Assembly: GCA_963713605.1 (NCBI GenBank)
Contig: CAVQMO010000001.1
Location: forward strand, 224,001-288,000
Direction of reading: 5' to 3'
Length of the DNA stretch: 64,000 nucleotides
Source of the DNA: an uncultured Nitrososphaerales archaeon
GTDB lineage: Archaea; Thermoproteota; Nitrososphaeria; Nitrososphaerales; Nitrososphaeraceae
The notes under the pieces: generated by a model
What the model was told of the DNA's origin: nothing
Seen by the model: only the letters and a program-made list of their open reading frames with translations
Databases searched by the model: none
Translations under genes and position numbers: made by a program
Shown: one piece after another, positions 1 through 11,292 of the stretch
Numbering within the stretch: position 1 is the stretch's first letter
Layout of the letters: each line of letters begins with the position of its first letter

Positions 1-669
1 TCACTTCTAACAGTAGGTGATTACATTGTGTCTTCTCAGACTGCCATTGAAAGGAAAACTATTTCGGATCTAATAAGTTCCATTTATGACGGGCGATTGT
101 TCCTGCAGTGCAACGATTTGGTCCAATATTATGCCAGACCATTAATCGTGATTGAAGGAAACGCATTATTAGGGAAACCAGAACAGTATTTCCAAACGGC
201 AGACGACAGTTACCATGATTCATATGCGGAACAAATGCCTCTAATTCTTGACGCGTTAGCACGGGTTGCACTTGAATTTCGGATTCCAATAATACCAACG
301 CCTACTCCTGAGTACACATCTCGAATACTTATGATGATTGCGAATCTAGTTCGTAGCGAGGGATCAACAGTTGGTCCACTTCTCAGAAGAATTCGTAAGC
401 AAAATCCTATTTACGTTCAACAGTTATCAGTTCTATCTTCTTTGCCAGGTGTCGGTGACAAAACAGCTGTTCGTATGCTAAAAAAATTTGGAACCCCTAT
501 GAGAACTCTAACTGCATCAGTGGCAGAGCTATCAAGGATAGCCGGCCTGGGGACAAACCGCGCTATTCGCATCCGAAGGCTATTGGACTATAGTGGTCCT
601 ACTAAGGAAACACAAAGCGAAATTCAGAGAACACTCGGTGATTCTGATGAAATAACTGGAAGCAACTAA
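1..669 (+). CDS. xpf: XPF/ERCC4-type structure-specific endonuclease (5' end truncated by window edge)
   Basis: Frame is open from base 1 (SLLTVGDYIV...AIERKT). ERCC4 GDxnERK motif plus C-terminal HhH repeats (LPGVGDKTA, IAGLGTNRA). Confidence 0.9.
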   Translation, partial: SLLTVGDYIVSSQTAIERKTISDLISSIYDGRLFLQCNDLVQYYARPLIVIEGNALLGKPEQYFQTADDSYHDSYAEQMPLILDALARVALEFRIPIIPTPTPEYTSRILMMIANLVRSEGSTVGPLLRRIRKQNPIYVQQLSVLSSLPGVGDKTAVRMLKKFGTPMRTLTASVAELSRIAGLGTNRAIRIRRLLDYSGPTKETQSEIQRTLGDSDEITGSN

Positions 670-1016
670 AATATACTTTAATTAGTTCTATTTAACGGTA
701 AACTAATAATGATGACTATCATTTTCAGTTTGTTGCTAATCTATGGTAGTACAGACCATGGTCTGAAATTGCCTGACGTTCATTTTCCATCATGATATAG
801 GGATATTTGTAGAATCGAACGTTCCATTATAATATGGGATCGTAAGCAGTATAAAACATAATATACTATCGTCTTTAACAACCAGGAGACCTAGAAGGTG
901 CACGTCACCGTGCAATCATTGCATTTGATCCGACGAGATCGACGGCCGTAAATTACAACAATGTTGCAAGAATTTAGAACGATGTATTTATAGCCCTTAA
1001 ATACTCCAAATGATAC

Positions 1017-1484
1017 ATGACAGGTTCGTTCGCGTCGAAGTCAAGGATCTTCTATGTCTTACTTGGCGCAGGAGTATCTTTTATTGTCATAGGCTCGGCA
1101 TCAGCACTTTATACGCTAACCCCAATTCCAGTATCTCTTAATGGAACAGTTGAAGCAGGTCAGAGTGACACATTAACCCCAAACATGAATGTGGGTAATC
1201 CTGTCGTGTTATCTGTCACAGGATCTAATTCAAGCATTGAGATTGTAGATCCTGAAAACAAAGTAATTAAGTCGGTATCCAATACTGCAAGTTTTCAATA
1301 TAACTTTACAGCTCGGACCGATGGACAGTACTTGATAACCGTAAAGAACTTGGGAAGTTCTGATTTGAATATAGCTGGCAGTGCTTTCACGAAAGGCAGT
1401 CAGATAGCTTTAGGCGGACAGCTTATGCTTATCGTAACCGGAATTATCGTACTCGGACTCGGGTTACGAGCGAGGCTTCGGTGA
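1017..1484 (+). CDS. Hypothetical membrane protein (N- and C-terminal TM helices around a beta-rich domain)
   Basis: 155-aa ORF with hydrophobic ends. TATA-like TTTATA/TTAAAT upstream. Confidence 0.7.
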   Translation: MTGSFASKSRIFYVLLGAGVSFIVIGSASALYTLTPIPVSLNGTVEAGQSDTLTPNMNVGNPVVLSVTGSNSSIEIVDPENKVIKSVSNTASFQYNFTARTDGQYLITVKNLGSSDLNIAGSAFTKGSQIALGGQLMLIVTGIIVLGLGLRARLR

Positions 1485-1496
1485 AAATACTTAATG

Positions 1497-2331
1497 TTAC
1501 CAATTAGTCATTTCCTTCTTATATGACCCTAGAACCTTTACAAAAGCTGTCTTTGGTTCTATGACTTTTAAAACATCCCTAACCTTTGAGTCAAGAACAT
1601 GTCCCTCAAAGTCTGTAAAAAAATTGTACTCCCACGGCGTTTCTTTGGTTGGACGTGATTCGATCTTAGTAAGATTGATCTCTCTTCTTGCGAATTCAGA
1701 CAAGATATTCACTAACGATCCTGGTGCATGCTTGACAGAGAAAATGATAGATGTTCTGTCATTCCCTGACGGCTTCGTATTTGCGGGCTCTCTTGATAGC
1801 ACATAAAATCTTGTAAAATTGTTTTTCCTGTCCTCGATTCCAACGTCCAAAATCTCCATTCCATAGATTTCAGCGGCATGCTTGCTTGCGATTGCTGCTG
1901 CCCTGTTATTTTGGCCTTCTTTGATCATCTTCACTGCGCCTGCAGTATCATATACGGGTATTGAGACAAGTTTCTTCTCGTTTACATAATGCCTGCATTG
2001 CGCTAGAGCTTGGGGGTGTGAATAGACTTGCCTTAAGGAACCCAAATCGCTTCCTTTTACTGCAATAAGGCAATGATGTATTCTTTGATAGGTCTCCCTT
2101 ACAATGTACAAGTTCGATTGCAACAGTAAATCGTATACTTCATTTACGCTTCCCTCAATTGAGTTTTCGATAGGTACTACTGCGTAGTCGGACAGGCCTG
2201 ATAACAGTGTCTCAATTACTTCTTGAAACGATCGCACAGGAAGTCGGCGTAGAGTTAGGGAAGAATTGAATGACAGCAAGCTCACTATATGCCCCTCTCT
2301 CACCTTGGAAAGCGACTCTATTTACCACCAT
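1497..2331 (-). CDS. pheA: Prephenate dehydratase (apparent +1 frameshift near 2245)
   Basis: True N-terminus MVVNRVAFQGERGAYSE starts at 2331 in another frame. PIENSIEGSV, SHPQALAQC, TRF and LTKIESRP motifs. Confidence 0.92.
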
Positions 2332-2971
2332 TTAATGTCTTGCCATTGTGAATTGTACTAAAGGTCTCTTTCCCATAGTCTGACGTCAATTTTCTCTCTT
2401 CGTAGGTTCCGCATTCTACACATTTTACAGCATTATTCACTCTGACTGTGTTTCCTCCACAATTGTAGCACAATGTATAGATTACGCCAAAATCCTTCTC
2501 TGCAATAGTGATGTGAATGTTAGAATTAAGGAGGCTTACTACTCTTCCTCTTATAATATCTCCTACCCTGAACGTGATTCTTGACCTACGATCTCCCCTT
2601 TCCCTGGACCATCCACCTTGTCCACCTGAAAGCGATAAGCCCTTTGTGGTTGAAATCGCTGAAAATCCAGAGAGAGATTTTACATCATTAATATATAAAA
2701 TTCTCACTGATATCATGCTACCAAAGAGCATATCAATATAGCCGACGACAATATCCCCTATTTTTGGCAACTTCGGAGTATTTTTTTGCTCTATCCTTAC
2801 TACTCGTCTCTTCAAATCGTACACCTTGCGTCCAACCGTGCTCGATCGAATCCTACCATCATCGACATAGGTGTTCTTGCCGCTCTCAAACTCTTCTATA
2901 AACGCAATCTGATCGCCTGGAAAGCTAGGTGTTAGTTTCATTTTTTCAATTGTCAAAGTTATAAGAGACAT
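2318..2971 (-). CDS. csl4: Exosome complex RNA-binding protein Csl4
   Basis: PGD...EEF N-terminus, S1 domain (PKIGDIVVG, FRVGDIIRGRV) and C-terminal zinc ribbon (CYNCG...CVECG...RKL). Confidence 0.88.
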   Translation of the reverse strand: MSLITLTIEKMKLTPSFPGDQIAFIEEFESGKNTYVDDGRIRSSTVGRKVYDLKRRVVRIEQKNTPKLPKIGDIVVGYIDMLFGSMISVRILYINDVKSLSGFSAISTTKGLSLSGGQGGWSRERGDRRSRITFRVGDIIRGRVVSLLNSNIHITIAEKDFGVIYTLCYNCGGNTVRVNNAVKCVECGTYEERKLTSDYGKETFSTIHNGKTLNGGK

Positions 2972-3128
2972 TCTGTATTAGAAAGTTATAATTGTTACAG
3001 GAGAGCATACTATTCCGTTTTCGTAGGTATTGGAACAAAATCGATGTTAGCGGCAAGAGTATTTATGTTGTTAGACTTTCAAGCCCACGAACAAACAACC
3101 TATTAGTAACTTCTTTACAACCTTAACC

Positions 3129-3863
3129 GTGGAGTTTATCGAATGGTTTCCTTATTATCAGGAAATCAGGGAACAATTTGGCTATAGCACCGAAAAGGAC
3201 CAGGAAGCTGCAAAAGTTCTGTCTCATATGACCCGTAGAAAGGCATTAGATCTAAAGTTGCTAAGAAAGAAAATTCACGGAAAAAAAGTCATGGTAATAG
3301 GTGCAGGGGTTAATCTCGAAGCTAGCATTCCATTTATCAAGAGAAACCGAAATTTCACGAAAATTGTTGCTAATGGAGCAGTTCAAGCGATTTTAGAACG
3401 CAGGATCAAACCGGATGTCGTGGTGACAGACTTGGATGGGAATCAATTATTTCTCAAGAAAGCTGACAAACTAGGAGCAATAATGGTAGTCCACGCTCAC
3501 GGAGATAATATTCCACTCTTGACTAAATTAGTGCCCAAACTCAGACACGTCATAGGCTCAACTCAGGTAATGCCCATGAAAAATGTGTACAATTTCGGTG
3601 GTTTCACCGATGGCGATCGATCTGTCTTTCTCGCTGAAGAATTGGGGGCGAGTCAAATAATACTTGTTGGGATGGATTTGGGAAATAAGATCGGGAGGTA
3701 TTATTCCAAGAGTACGGTACAGGATTCCGAATTAAAAAGGGCGAAGATGAAGGTAGCAAAAAGATTACTAGCAATGTTGGCAGTTAGAACGCGATCAGAA
3801 CTATTTGATACGGCGATAAGCCCCATTAAAGGATTCGCCTATGTTAAATCATCTTCGACGTAG
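3129..3863 (+). CDS. mptE: 6-hydroxymethyl-7,8-dihydropterin pyrophosphokinase MptE (DUF115)
   Basis: VVTDLDG, VHAHGDN and NFGGFTDGDR motifs. Confidence 0.88.
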   Translation: MEFIEWFPYYQEIREQFGYSTEKDQEAAKVLSHMTRRKALDLKLLRKKIHGKKVMVIGAGVNLEASIPFIKRNRNFTKIVANGAVQAILERRIKPDVVVTDLDGNQLFLKKADKLGAIMVVHAHGDNIPLLTKLVPKLRHVIGSTQVMPMKNVYNFGGFTDGDRSVFLAEELGASQIILVGMDLGNKIGRYYSKSTVQDSELKRAKMKVAKRLLAMLAVRTRSELFDTAISPIKGFAYVKSSST

Positions 3864-4020
3864 CCTATGAAGAATCGTTCAGATGATATTTGAAAGCAAT
3901 CCAAAAAGCTAGCCTTACTTAAATTCTAAGTTTGAATTAACTCAGGTGAAGTTGGTTCATGCATCCAGAGGTAGAAACTACGAATTGATACTTGATCTCT
4001 GAAAAGCTATTATATCTTTC

Positions 4021-4767
4021 ATGTCAATGCAAATTGAATTGTCATCTAGCTATTCTGACGATGAAATCAAGCGAGCTGCTGAGATCCGTGAATGGCTTGT
4101 CAAACTAATTTCTGACAAGCATGAGGAAATTGAAAACTTACGTACCACTCTTTCCCTCGTCGATAGCATGCTTAAGTCAGGAAGTTTCAAACCAGCATCT
4201 AGCTTGAAGGATACTTATACGCTTCAATCAAATCCAACAAATCAATTTTCGCCGTCTGAACCCCATGGTATCTCAAGTCATCCGGGATCAAAGCAAACTA
4301 TAGCCTCAAATATTGTAGAACCTAATAATCAAGGGACTGCAACGGACATAATTCATAGAGGAAATGAATCTAGTACAACAACTTCCGATTCGTCAAGATC
4401 TCAGACTACAGAATTTAAAGAACTTCATAGAGTGAGAGATAATCTCCTGCTTGCCAAAGCAGAGTTTACCACTCATTTTGTAGATATCGTTCCTGCCGAG
4501 AATATCCTACTAAATACCAACACGGCCCCGTTCCGATCCTTCTTCTTGGGAAGAATTCTCGATGGCATGAAGATTAAAGATGAAGAAAAGGCTCGTAATT
4601 TACAGATTAAAGAGTCAGAATCATTAACGTATGTTGTAGAAGAGAATGAGAACAATATAATACGTAAGATAAGGATCAACAACTACAGGGAGAAGGAACG
4701 ACTCAATGAAATATTCAACACATGCGCGTGGGTTTTTAGTCGTATGATCGAAAAAGGCTCGCGGTGA
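4021..4767 (+). CDS. Conserved hypothetical protein (N-terminal coiled coil, low-complexity linker, C-terminal domain)
   Basis: 248-aa ORF ending 3 bp before guaA. Confidence 0.75.
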   Translation: MSMQIELSSSYSDDEIKRAAEIREWLVKLISDKHEEIENLRTTLSLVDSMLKSGSFKPASSLKDTYTLQSNPTNQFSPSEPHGISSHPGSKQTIASNIVEPNNQGTATDIIHRGNESSTTTSDSSRSQTTEFKELHRVRDNLLLAKAEFTTHFVDIVPAENILLNTNTAPFRSFFLGRILDGMKIKDEEKARNLQIKESESLTYVVEENENNIIRKIRINNYREKERLNEIFNTCAWVFSRMIEKGSR

Positions 4768-4770
4768 ATC

Positions 4771-6303
4771 ATGGATAGAATTGTAGTCCTCGACTTCGGC
4801 TCTCAGTATAGCCATTTAATTTGCAGGAGGGTAAGAGAGGCAAATGTATACTGCGAGGTGTTGCCTCATGATACATCTGCGAAGTTGCTAAGGGAAACAA
4901 AGCCTAAAGGAATAATTATCTCGGGCGGTCCGGCTAGTATATATGTTAAAGGGTCTCCTAGGCCAGATTACGGTATTTTTGAATTAGGAATACCTATCTT
5001 GGGCATTTGTTATGGACATCAATTAATAGTCGATAGATTTGGGGGAAGGATAAAAAAATCTACCGTTCGCGAGTACGGTAGTTCGAACCTTGTAATTGAC
5101 GACCATGACGACCTTTTTAGTAACATAGATGGTAACATAAGGTGTTGGATGAGCCACAGCGACACTGCTGAACTAATACCAAAGGGTTTCGAAGTTCTGG
5201 CCCATACCGATAGCTCTTCGTCAGCGGCAATCGTTAATAGAAACAAGAAGCTATTTGGAATTCAGTTCCATCCTGAAGTATTGCACACAGAAAGAGGGAC
5301 AGAGATTCTCAAAAATTTCTCATTTCGAATAAGTGGGGCAGCGCCTACCTGGAACATAAATGACTACTTAGAAAGAACTATTTCAGAGATCAGAAAAAAG
5401 GTAGGAAGCAATAGGGTATTATGCGCAGTTAGCGGAGGGATTGATTCGACTACGGTAGCGGTTTTATTACATAGAGCGGTCGGAAAGAACCTTCGATGTG
5501 TATTTGTCAACCATGGTTTGCTAAGAGTTGGAGAAGAGGAGTTAGTAGTTCAAACTTTTGACCAAGTTCTAAATATACCGCTTATCGTAGTTAATGCGTC
5601 AGAGCGATTCCTTACAAGATTGAGAGGAATAACGGATCCAGAGGAAAAAAGGATGATAATAGGTGACGAATTTGCTCGAGTTTTTAGTGACGTTGCTTCT
5701 GAACATGGTCCTTTTCAATGGCTGGCACAAGGAACTCTTTACCCTGATATCATAGAAAGCGGAGTGTCTCAAGGTCCAGCATCCGTTATCAAGAGTCACC
5801 ACAACGTGAAAGGATTGCCTAAATGGCTTAATCTAAAGGTTATTGAACCATTAAATACACTTTATAAGGATGAAGTGAAGAGGCTTGCAGCGGCCCTTGG
5901 CATTCCCTCGCAATTATTGAAGAGGCATCCTTTCCCTGGACCTGGTTTGGCCGTAAGAATTGTAGGCGAGGTGAATCATGAGAAAATTCGTATAGCTAGA
6001 GAATCTAGCAAAATAGTGGAAGATGAATTGATGGCCGAAGGCTGGTACGATAAAGTCTGGCAAGCGTACGTGGCGGTAGGCGATGATAAGGCGGTAGGTG
6101 TAATTGGCGATGGAAGGCTCTATGGACACATTGCAATAATAAAGGTCGTCGATTCTATTGATGCAATGACGGCTGATTGGGTGCGATTACCTCATGATGT
6201 CATCGGAAAAATTAGCAATCGAATCAGCAATGAGGTAGAAGGAGTAACTTGGGTGACCTATGCGGTGTCGAGCAAGCCCCCAGCTACAATTGAACCTCAG
6301 TAA
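4771..6303 (+). CDS. guaA: GMP synthase (glutamine-hydrolysing)
   Basis: LDFGSQY, GICYGHQ, QFHPE, SGGIDS, HPFPGPGL and KPPATIE motifs. Confidence 0.97.
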   Translation: MDRIVVLDFGSQYSHLICRRVREANVYCEVLPHDTSAKLLRETKPKGIIISGGPASIYVKGSPRPDYGIFELGIPILGICYGHQLIVDRFGGRIKKSTVREYGSSNLVIDDHDDLFSNIDGNIRCWMSHSDTAELIPKGFEVLAHTDSSSSAAIVNRNKKLFGIQFHPEVLHTERGTEILKNFSFRISGAAPTWNINDYLERTISEIRKKVGSNRVLCAVSGGIDSTTVAVLLHRAVGKNLRCVFVNHGLLRVGEEELVVQTFDQVLNIPLIVVNASERFLTRLRGITDPEEKRMIIGDEFARVFSDVASEHGPFQWLAQGTLYPDIIESGVSQGPASVIKSHHNVKGLPKWLNLKVIEPLNTLYKDEVKRLAAALGIPSQLLKRHPFPGPGLAVRIVGEVNHEKIRIARESSKIVEDELMAEGWYDKVWQAYVAVGDDKAVGVIGDGRLYGHIAIIKVVDSIDAMTADWVRLPHDVIGKISNRISNEVEGVTWVTYAVSSKPPATIEPQ

Positions 6304-6340
6304 GATCTATTGAAATTAGCGGATTATGAGAAGTGATCTC

Positions 6341-6360
6341 TTCTATCTCTTCAGATAGAA
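6341..6360. terminator. Perfect 8-bp hairpin between convergent genes
   Basis: TTCTATCT-CTTC-AGATAGAA lies between the guaA stop and the convergent ORF stop. Confidence 0.35.
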
Positions 6361-6375
6361 ACATGTATGCTATAT

Positions 6376-7206
6376 TCATAATTCTGATCCGCACTCTTCA
6401 CAATACTTCGAGCCTTCCTCATTCGTATAGCCGCATGCCTTGCACTTCGCGAGCGATGTAGATCCACTATGCCCATCAGGCTCAACATTGGACCGATTCT
6501 CGCTGATTAGCACAATGTCCCCAATCCTAGAGATCTTTGACCATAGGATTTCAGAAGATTTGGCCTCTTTGTCCCTCAATTGACTGTTGACCATGATGCT
6601 TACATCTACTCGTCCATTCTTTAACCTTCGAAGGCCGATTTCCTTTATATTTCCAATTAGCATTGCTTCTGAGTCATATGCTGGCATTTCGATTAGTGAA
6701 TGTATTGGAAGAAATTCACCCTTAACTAAGGCATTGTGTACTTCATGCATTGAGCCTGGTGCAGATTGTTCAAAAACTCTCGAAGTATCCTCTGGTTTCG
6801 TCGAGGAAATTTGTTGACTTACTTCCTGATGGTTACCAGACGATAAATCGTCTTGTCCTGTCTTTTCTTTCTGATGAGATTGAAACTTGCGGTACTGGGC
6901 AATCGTGTTCTTGCATTTCTTGCATTTGTATTCGCCTTTCTCTTCTAAGACCACCCCTTCCCCTAGATCCTCATTTGGGTTATCGTACACAATGAACGGA
7001 GGACCATCAAATTGCTCTTCGCATTTGTTACAATAGTGTTTCAAGAGCCTATTTTCATCTAGTCTTCCCACGCCTGCTAGAAAAAGCTCGGGCCCTCCTA
7101 GGTTACCTTTTCTTTGCTCTTCTTCCGTTATTTTAGCTAGAACGTACCCTCCGGATCCGCGAAGTTTCTTGTCTTGGTAGTCGTTTGTGGGCGTTTCGCT
7201 TAGCAC
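6376..7206 (-). CDS. Zinc-ribbon / PRC-barrel-like domain protein
   Basis: CNKC...CKKC, PRC-like segment (AYDSEAMLIGNI...ISRIGDIVLI) and C-terminal CKACG...CEECG. Confidence 0.8.
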   Translation of the reverse strand: MLSETPTNDYQDKKLRGSGGYVLAKITEEEQRKGNLGGPELFLAGVGRLDENRLLKHYCNKCEEQFDGPPFIVYDNPNEDLGEGVVLEEKGEYKCKKCKNTIAQYRKFQSHQKEKTGQDDLSSGNHQEVSQQISSTKPEDTSRVFEQSAPGSMHEVHNALVKGEFLPIHSLIEMPAYDSEAMLIGNIKEIGLRRLKNGRVDVSIMVNSQLRDKEAKSSEILWSKISRIGDIVLISENRSNVEPDGHSGSTSLAKCKACGYTNEEGSKYCEECGSEL

Positions 7207-7438
7207 GAATAAGTATTAACGGGTCTGAATATAAAAAACTTGTATTATGCATTAACACTTAATTTAACGTCTAATATCAGTATCCCTGATTCATATCGGA
7301 TTAGCTTCCGTATCCCTTATATTTCTGTGCTTTCTAAGATATGTCGTCAAAAGCAGCAGGCAGATCTGTCAAGTATCGGAATCCTACTTATCATTTCTTC
7401 CGTGCATTTGTGCAGAAAAATATTAGTGAAAAGAAAGA

Positions 7439-8770
7439 TTGAAATCTACATTTGAAGAATTAGGAGTAAGCCCACCTCTAACTAGGGCACTGGAAGAAAT
7501 AGGCTTCACCAGGCCATTTCCTATTCAAGAAGCATCAATACCATTTATTTTGCAAGGGCATGATGTAATTGGTCAGGCACACACTGGAACGGGTAAGACG
7601 GCAGCATTCTGTTTGCCTGTATTATCACGTCTCAAAAGTAATGGTCCGGTACAATTTTTGATATTGGTACCCACGCGGGAACTAGCGGTTCAAGTAACCC
7701 ATGAGATTACAAAATATTCGAAGTATACTCCAATTCGTGTAGTGTCCATTTTTGGAGGGGTTAGTATCGGTCAGCAACAGTCACGATTGGAGAGAGGAGC
7801 TCAGGTGGTCGTTGCTACTCCTGGCAGACTCATTGACCATTTGAAGAGAGGAACCATCGAGCTGGATAAGGTAAGTCACGTCGTACTTGACGAGGCCGAC
7901 AGAATGCTGGATATGGGTTTCATTGATGACATCAGGTTCATTCTTTTCTATATAAGCGAAAAGCATCAAACCTGTCTCTTCTCTGCCACAATGCCTCCTG
8001 AAATCCTTCGCCTTGCCGAAGAGTATATGACTAATCCTAAACAAGTTCTACTTAACGAAGAAGAAATCAGTCTCGATACAATCAATCAGTCATATTTAGT
8101 TACTCACGAAAGGCAGAAATTTAAGCATCTTTGTGAGTTAATTAAAAATGAAAGTAAGAAACAGATGATCGTATTTGCTGCTACAAAACAGCGAACTCAT
8201 CGATTGGCTAATGATTTGAAAGATGCAGGCTTTAGGGCCATATCTATACATGGAGATTTGTCGCAAAAGCAACGAGAAGTGGCAATGTATAGATTCAAGA
8301 CGGCAAAGGAAGATATACTTGTCGCCACTGACATAGCAGCTCGAGGTATCGACATCCCTGCAGTCAGTCATGTGGTGAATTATGATGTCCCCGAAGATCC
8401 ATTGATTTATTTTCACCGTATTGGAAGAACAGCTCGAGCAGGTGGCACTGGCAAGGCAGTCTCCTTAGTTTCTGTGGAACGAGTAGAAGACTTTCAGAGA
8501 ATTATCAATCGTACAGAACAACCCATCCGCAAGCTGAATTTTGAACTAGGCATAGAAGTCCCAGTGCACGAAGGTAGGAACCATCGCCCCCCTTATTCAA
8601 GGAGTAGATCGTACAGGCCTTCAAACGGTTATCGAGATAGACGAGAAAATCAGTATGGTCAAAGGAAGTATAACAATGAGATGAGCAACTCTCGGTACCG
8701 AGGAAGAGGAGAAAGTCGCTATAACAATCAGAAGAGAAATAATAGAGGCTTTCACCAACGGTCTCTTTAG
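7439..8770 (+). CDS. DEAD-box RNA helicase
   Basis: Q motif, TGTGKT, PTRELA, TPGR, DEAD, SAT, ARGID and HRIGRTAR motifs. R/N/Y-rich tail. Confidence 0.96.
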   Translation: MKSTFEELGVSPPLTRALEEIGFTRPFPIQEASIPFILQGHDVIGQAHTGTGKTAAFCLPVLSRLKSNGPVQFLILVPTRELAVQVTHEITKYSKYTPIRVVSIFGGVSIGQQQSRLERGAQVVVATPGRLIDHLKRGTIELDKVSHVVLDEADRMLDMGFIDDIRFILFYISEKHQTCLFSATMPPEILRLAEEYMTNPKQVLLNEEEISLDTINQSYLVTHERQKFKHLCELIKNESKKQMIVFAATKQRTHRLANDLKDAGFRAISIHGDLSQKQREVAMYRFKTAKEDILVATDIAARGIDIPAVSHVVNYDVPEDPLIYFHRIGRTARAGGTGKAVSLVSVERVEDFQRIINRTEQPIRKLNFELGIEVPVHEGRNHRPPYSRSRSYRPSNGYRDRRENQYGQRKYNNEMSNSRYRGRGESRYNNQKRNNRGFHQRSL

Positions 8771-8932
8771 TTTGGTTATAGCGATCAGGTGGGAAAAGGT
8801 AAAATTCGTTTATGACAGTGGTATAGAAATATTGCCTATCTAACTCGAATTATTTTGAACTTTGATGTTAAGTAAGTCAGTTTCATTTGTCTGTCGGTAA
8901 CTATATATCTAAAAATTGATGATATAAAGTAG

Positions 8933-9451
8933 ATGCAACAGGATAATAGTGAAGATTCTTTTGTAAAGATCGCAGCCCTCATTGGAGGTGAGGAGTATCT
9001 AAAAGTTGCACGTGCCCTCTTGCATTCAGAAGATGCAACTGATGAGGAGATTGCAGGAGCCACTGGTCTTAGAATTAACATCATTCGAAAAGTACTTTAT
9101 GATATGTTTGGGAAAGCGTTGATCACGGGAATTCGTGTAAAGGACGAGAAAAAAGGATGGTTCGTATATAGGTGGAGAGCTAAAAGGGATCAGGTAGACA
9201 ATTTTATCGATAATCAGAAGAAAAAAATCCTCGATCGCTTACAAAAGCGACTTGAATACGAAGAATCCTCCGAGTTCTACCATTGTGGGAACAACGATTG
9301 TTCACATGTCAAATTTGATCTTGCGGTAGAGCAGTTTTTCAAATGCAGTACATGTAAGGAACCGCTGAACATGATTGATAATAATCAAGTAAAGGAGGCT
9401 TTGCGACAAAAGATTGAACAAATCATTTCAGACATTACACCCAAAAGCTAG
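8933..9451 (+). CDS. tfe: Transcription factor E alpha
   Basis: wHTH (TDEEIA...IRKVLY...GWFVYRW) plus zinc ribbon. Confidence 0.93.
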   Translation: MQQDNSEDSFVKIAALIGGEEYLKVARALLHSEDATDEEIAGATGLRINIIRKVLYDMFGKALITGIRVKDEKKGWFVYRWRAKRDQVDNFIDNQKKKILDRLQKRLEYEESSEFYHCGNNDCSHVKFDLAVEQFFKCSTCKEPLNMIDNNQVKEALRQKIEQIISDITPKS

Positions 9452-9511
9452 TAGCGATTGTACTAATCAGCCTATTAGGAACAACTACTATATCCATCGT
9501 ATCTGGATTTG

Positions 9512-9712
9512 CTATTCAAAATCGAAAACATTTGAAGGGGATCGATCGAGTTTAAAGACAATAGAATCTACGTAATAGGGACGAGAGACCAAATCATAAG
9601 GGACATCATCGTCAAAACCAGCAGTGTAAGTGTCTTCAGCGTCTTTGATGCCATCAGACTTCACAATAATATTTAAACTCCTCAAATTACTCTCAAAATT
9701 CCTATATGCCAT
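9512..9712 (-). CDS. Small hypothetical protein
   Basis: 66-aa ATG ORF with protein-like composition. No recognised motif. Confidence 0.35.
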   Translation of the reverse strand: MAYRNFESNLRSLNIIVKSDGIKDAEDTYTAGFDDDVPYDLVSRPYYVDSIVFKLDRSPSNVFDFE

Positions 9713-10002
9713 ATTAGTATAAAAGTGTATGTCACTGATTGGCCATTCGGTTTAAAGAGTCAGGAAATACTTGATTTACTATTTGGAGGCCTTATGAATC
9801 GTCTCATCTTGGTGTCTCTAATAACAGGAACTTTAAAGTGAAACCAGATGATCGCCCTTGTCCTAGAAGTTACCTCAAAGGTATCTATTGATTCCTAATG
9901 GTAGAAAGGGGCTATTTATTTCTTTTAGTGGATACCTAGTCTGCCCAGCTAAATCGATTGATCAGATACAATATTGATCCACTTAAAATGAAAAACCATT
10001 CA

Positions 10003-10506
10003 TCACAATGATAGGGCACTGCTGTTGTTTAGTAATGCCCCAAGGAACAAGATTATCAACGATAATCCCACAATCACTCTTCCCAAAAGAATAATTCTAG
10101 ATCTTACATGTTGAATATAAGAATTGGAGTCACCACTCATAATCCTCTTTTCAGTTTCGATGTCTAGAGACCTTATGTGGACAATATAGATCATTAGCGT
10201 AACAACAACGAAGATGATTTTGATAAGCAAAATAATGCCATAGTCTGAATCTATTAGCGCATCAGGCTGCAAAAGAAAAGCGCGAGAATTGTAAATTCCG
10301 GTTATTATTAGTATTATAAATGCTGGTAATGCAATTTTATTAAATCTCCTTCCAATCCTTAGCATGAAGGCAAGACGATCTGCTGGCGATTCGGCAATCG
10401 TTCCTAACATGGGTGCTAATACTATCCCTAAGAATAAGGAACCACCAACCCATATTGATGCACAGGTTAGATGCACCCAAAAAACTAAGACATCCGCCAA
10501 CGTCAT
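10003..10506 (-). CDS. CopD/DUF4149-like four-TM protein
   Basis: WVHLTCASIWVGG, ITGIYN and YGIILLIKI, typical of the CopD family. Confidence 0.8.
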   Translation of the reverse strand: MTLADVLVFWVHLTCASIWVGGSLFLGIVLAPMLGTIAESPADRLAFMLRIGRRFNKIALPAFIILIITGIYNSRAFLLQPDALIDSDYGIILLIKIIFVVVTLMIYIVHIRSLDIETEKRIMSGDSNSYIQHVRSRIILLGRVIVGLSLIILFLGALLNNSSALSL

Positions 10507-10571
10507 TACGAAACAGAGATTGACGTTAATACTATTATTCGTATTGTCTTAGAAAGGATTTTAATGCGCTT

Positions 10572-11117
10572 TTGATTAGCATAAATGCCAGGATGTTTCT
10601 TACAAGACGCAGAGCTATTCTCATTGGAGCAATTGCAGCAGTAGGCGCTGCGATAATTCTTACACCGCTTATCTTGACTCTCACTCTTCCATCTGATATC
10701 AATGCCGTAAAGATCAACCTCGACAAAGTTGAGATTGAGAATCCCTCTCCAGAAGAGGAAACAGCGAACCTGCTTACACTTAGGGTATTTTTTAAAGTCG
10801 ATAACCCTACCGATACGACTTTGACGACTTCTAAAATCGATTATACTCTTTACGCTAATGGTGAGTCTCTAGGTAACGGGCATATCGACTACGTAGATAT
10901 TCCCGTCCACGGACGACCACAACTTCTATCTGGAGGCGAGGCTACAATCATGTCAAAGTTCGAAATACCGCGTAATGATCCAAGTCTTACACAAATCAAT
11001 ATTGGAAATCTATCTAGCTCAGACATAGATTGGGATGCGGAAGGTACTGCTGACATCGAGTCTGGATTTGCTACAATTCCATTGGCCTTTAGGGATGAAT
11101 TAAAGCGTTCTTCATAA
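10572..11117 (+). CDS. Membrane-anchored LEA_2/WHy-like protein
   Basis: N-terminal TM followed by the FKVDNPT...IDYTLYANG...LGNG pattern. Confidence 0.7.
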   Translation: MISINARMFLTRRRAILIGAIAAVGAAIILTPLILTLTLPSDINAVKINLDKVEIENPSPEEETANLLTLRVFFKVDNPTDTTLTTSKIDYTLYANGESLGNGHIDYVDIPVHGRPQLLSGGEATIMSKFEIPRNDPSLTQINIGNLSSSDIDWDAEGTADIESGFATIPLAFRDELKRSS

Positions 11118-11292
11118 ACTCATCGGAGCGAGAACCCTCCGTAATATTCAAGTTAAAATAGTGTATGGTAAGAAAGCCTCTTTCCGGATACATTTGCACG
11201 TAAGACTGTAAGGATCATGTATCCTGGTTAAGAGAGACAACAAGCATCGTTACAGTGGGCAGGCTGCTCCTGACCTGCACACACAGCCTTGG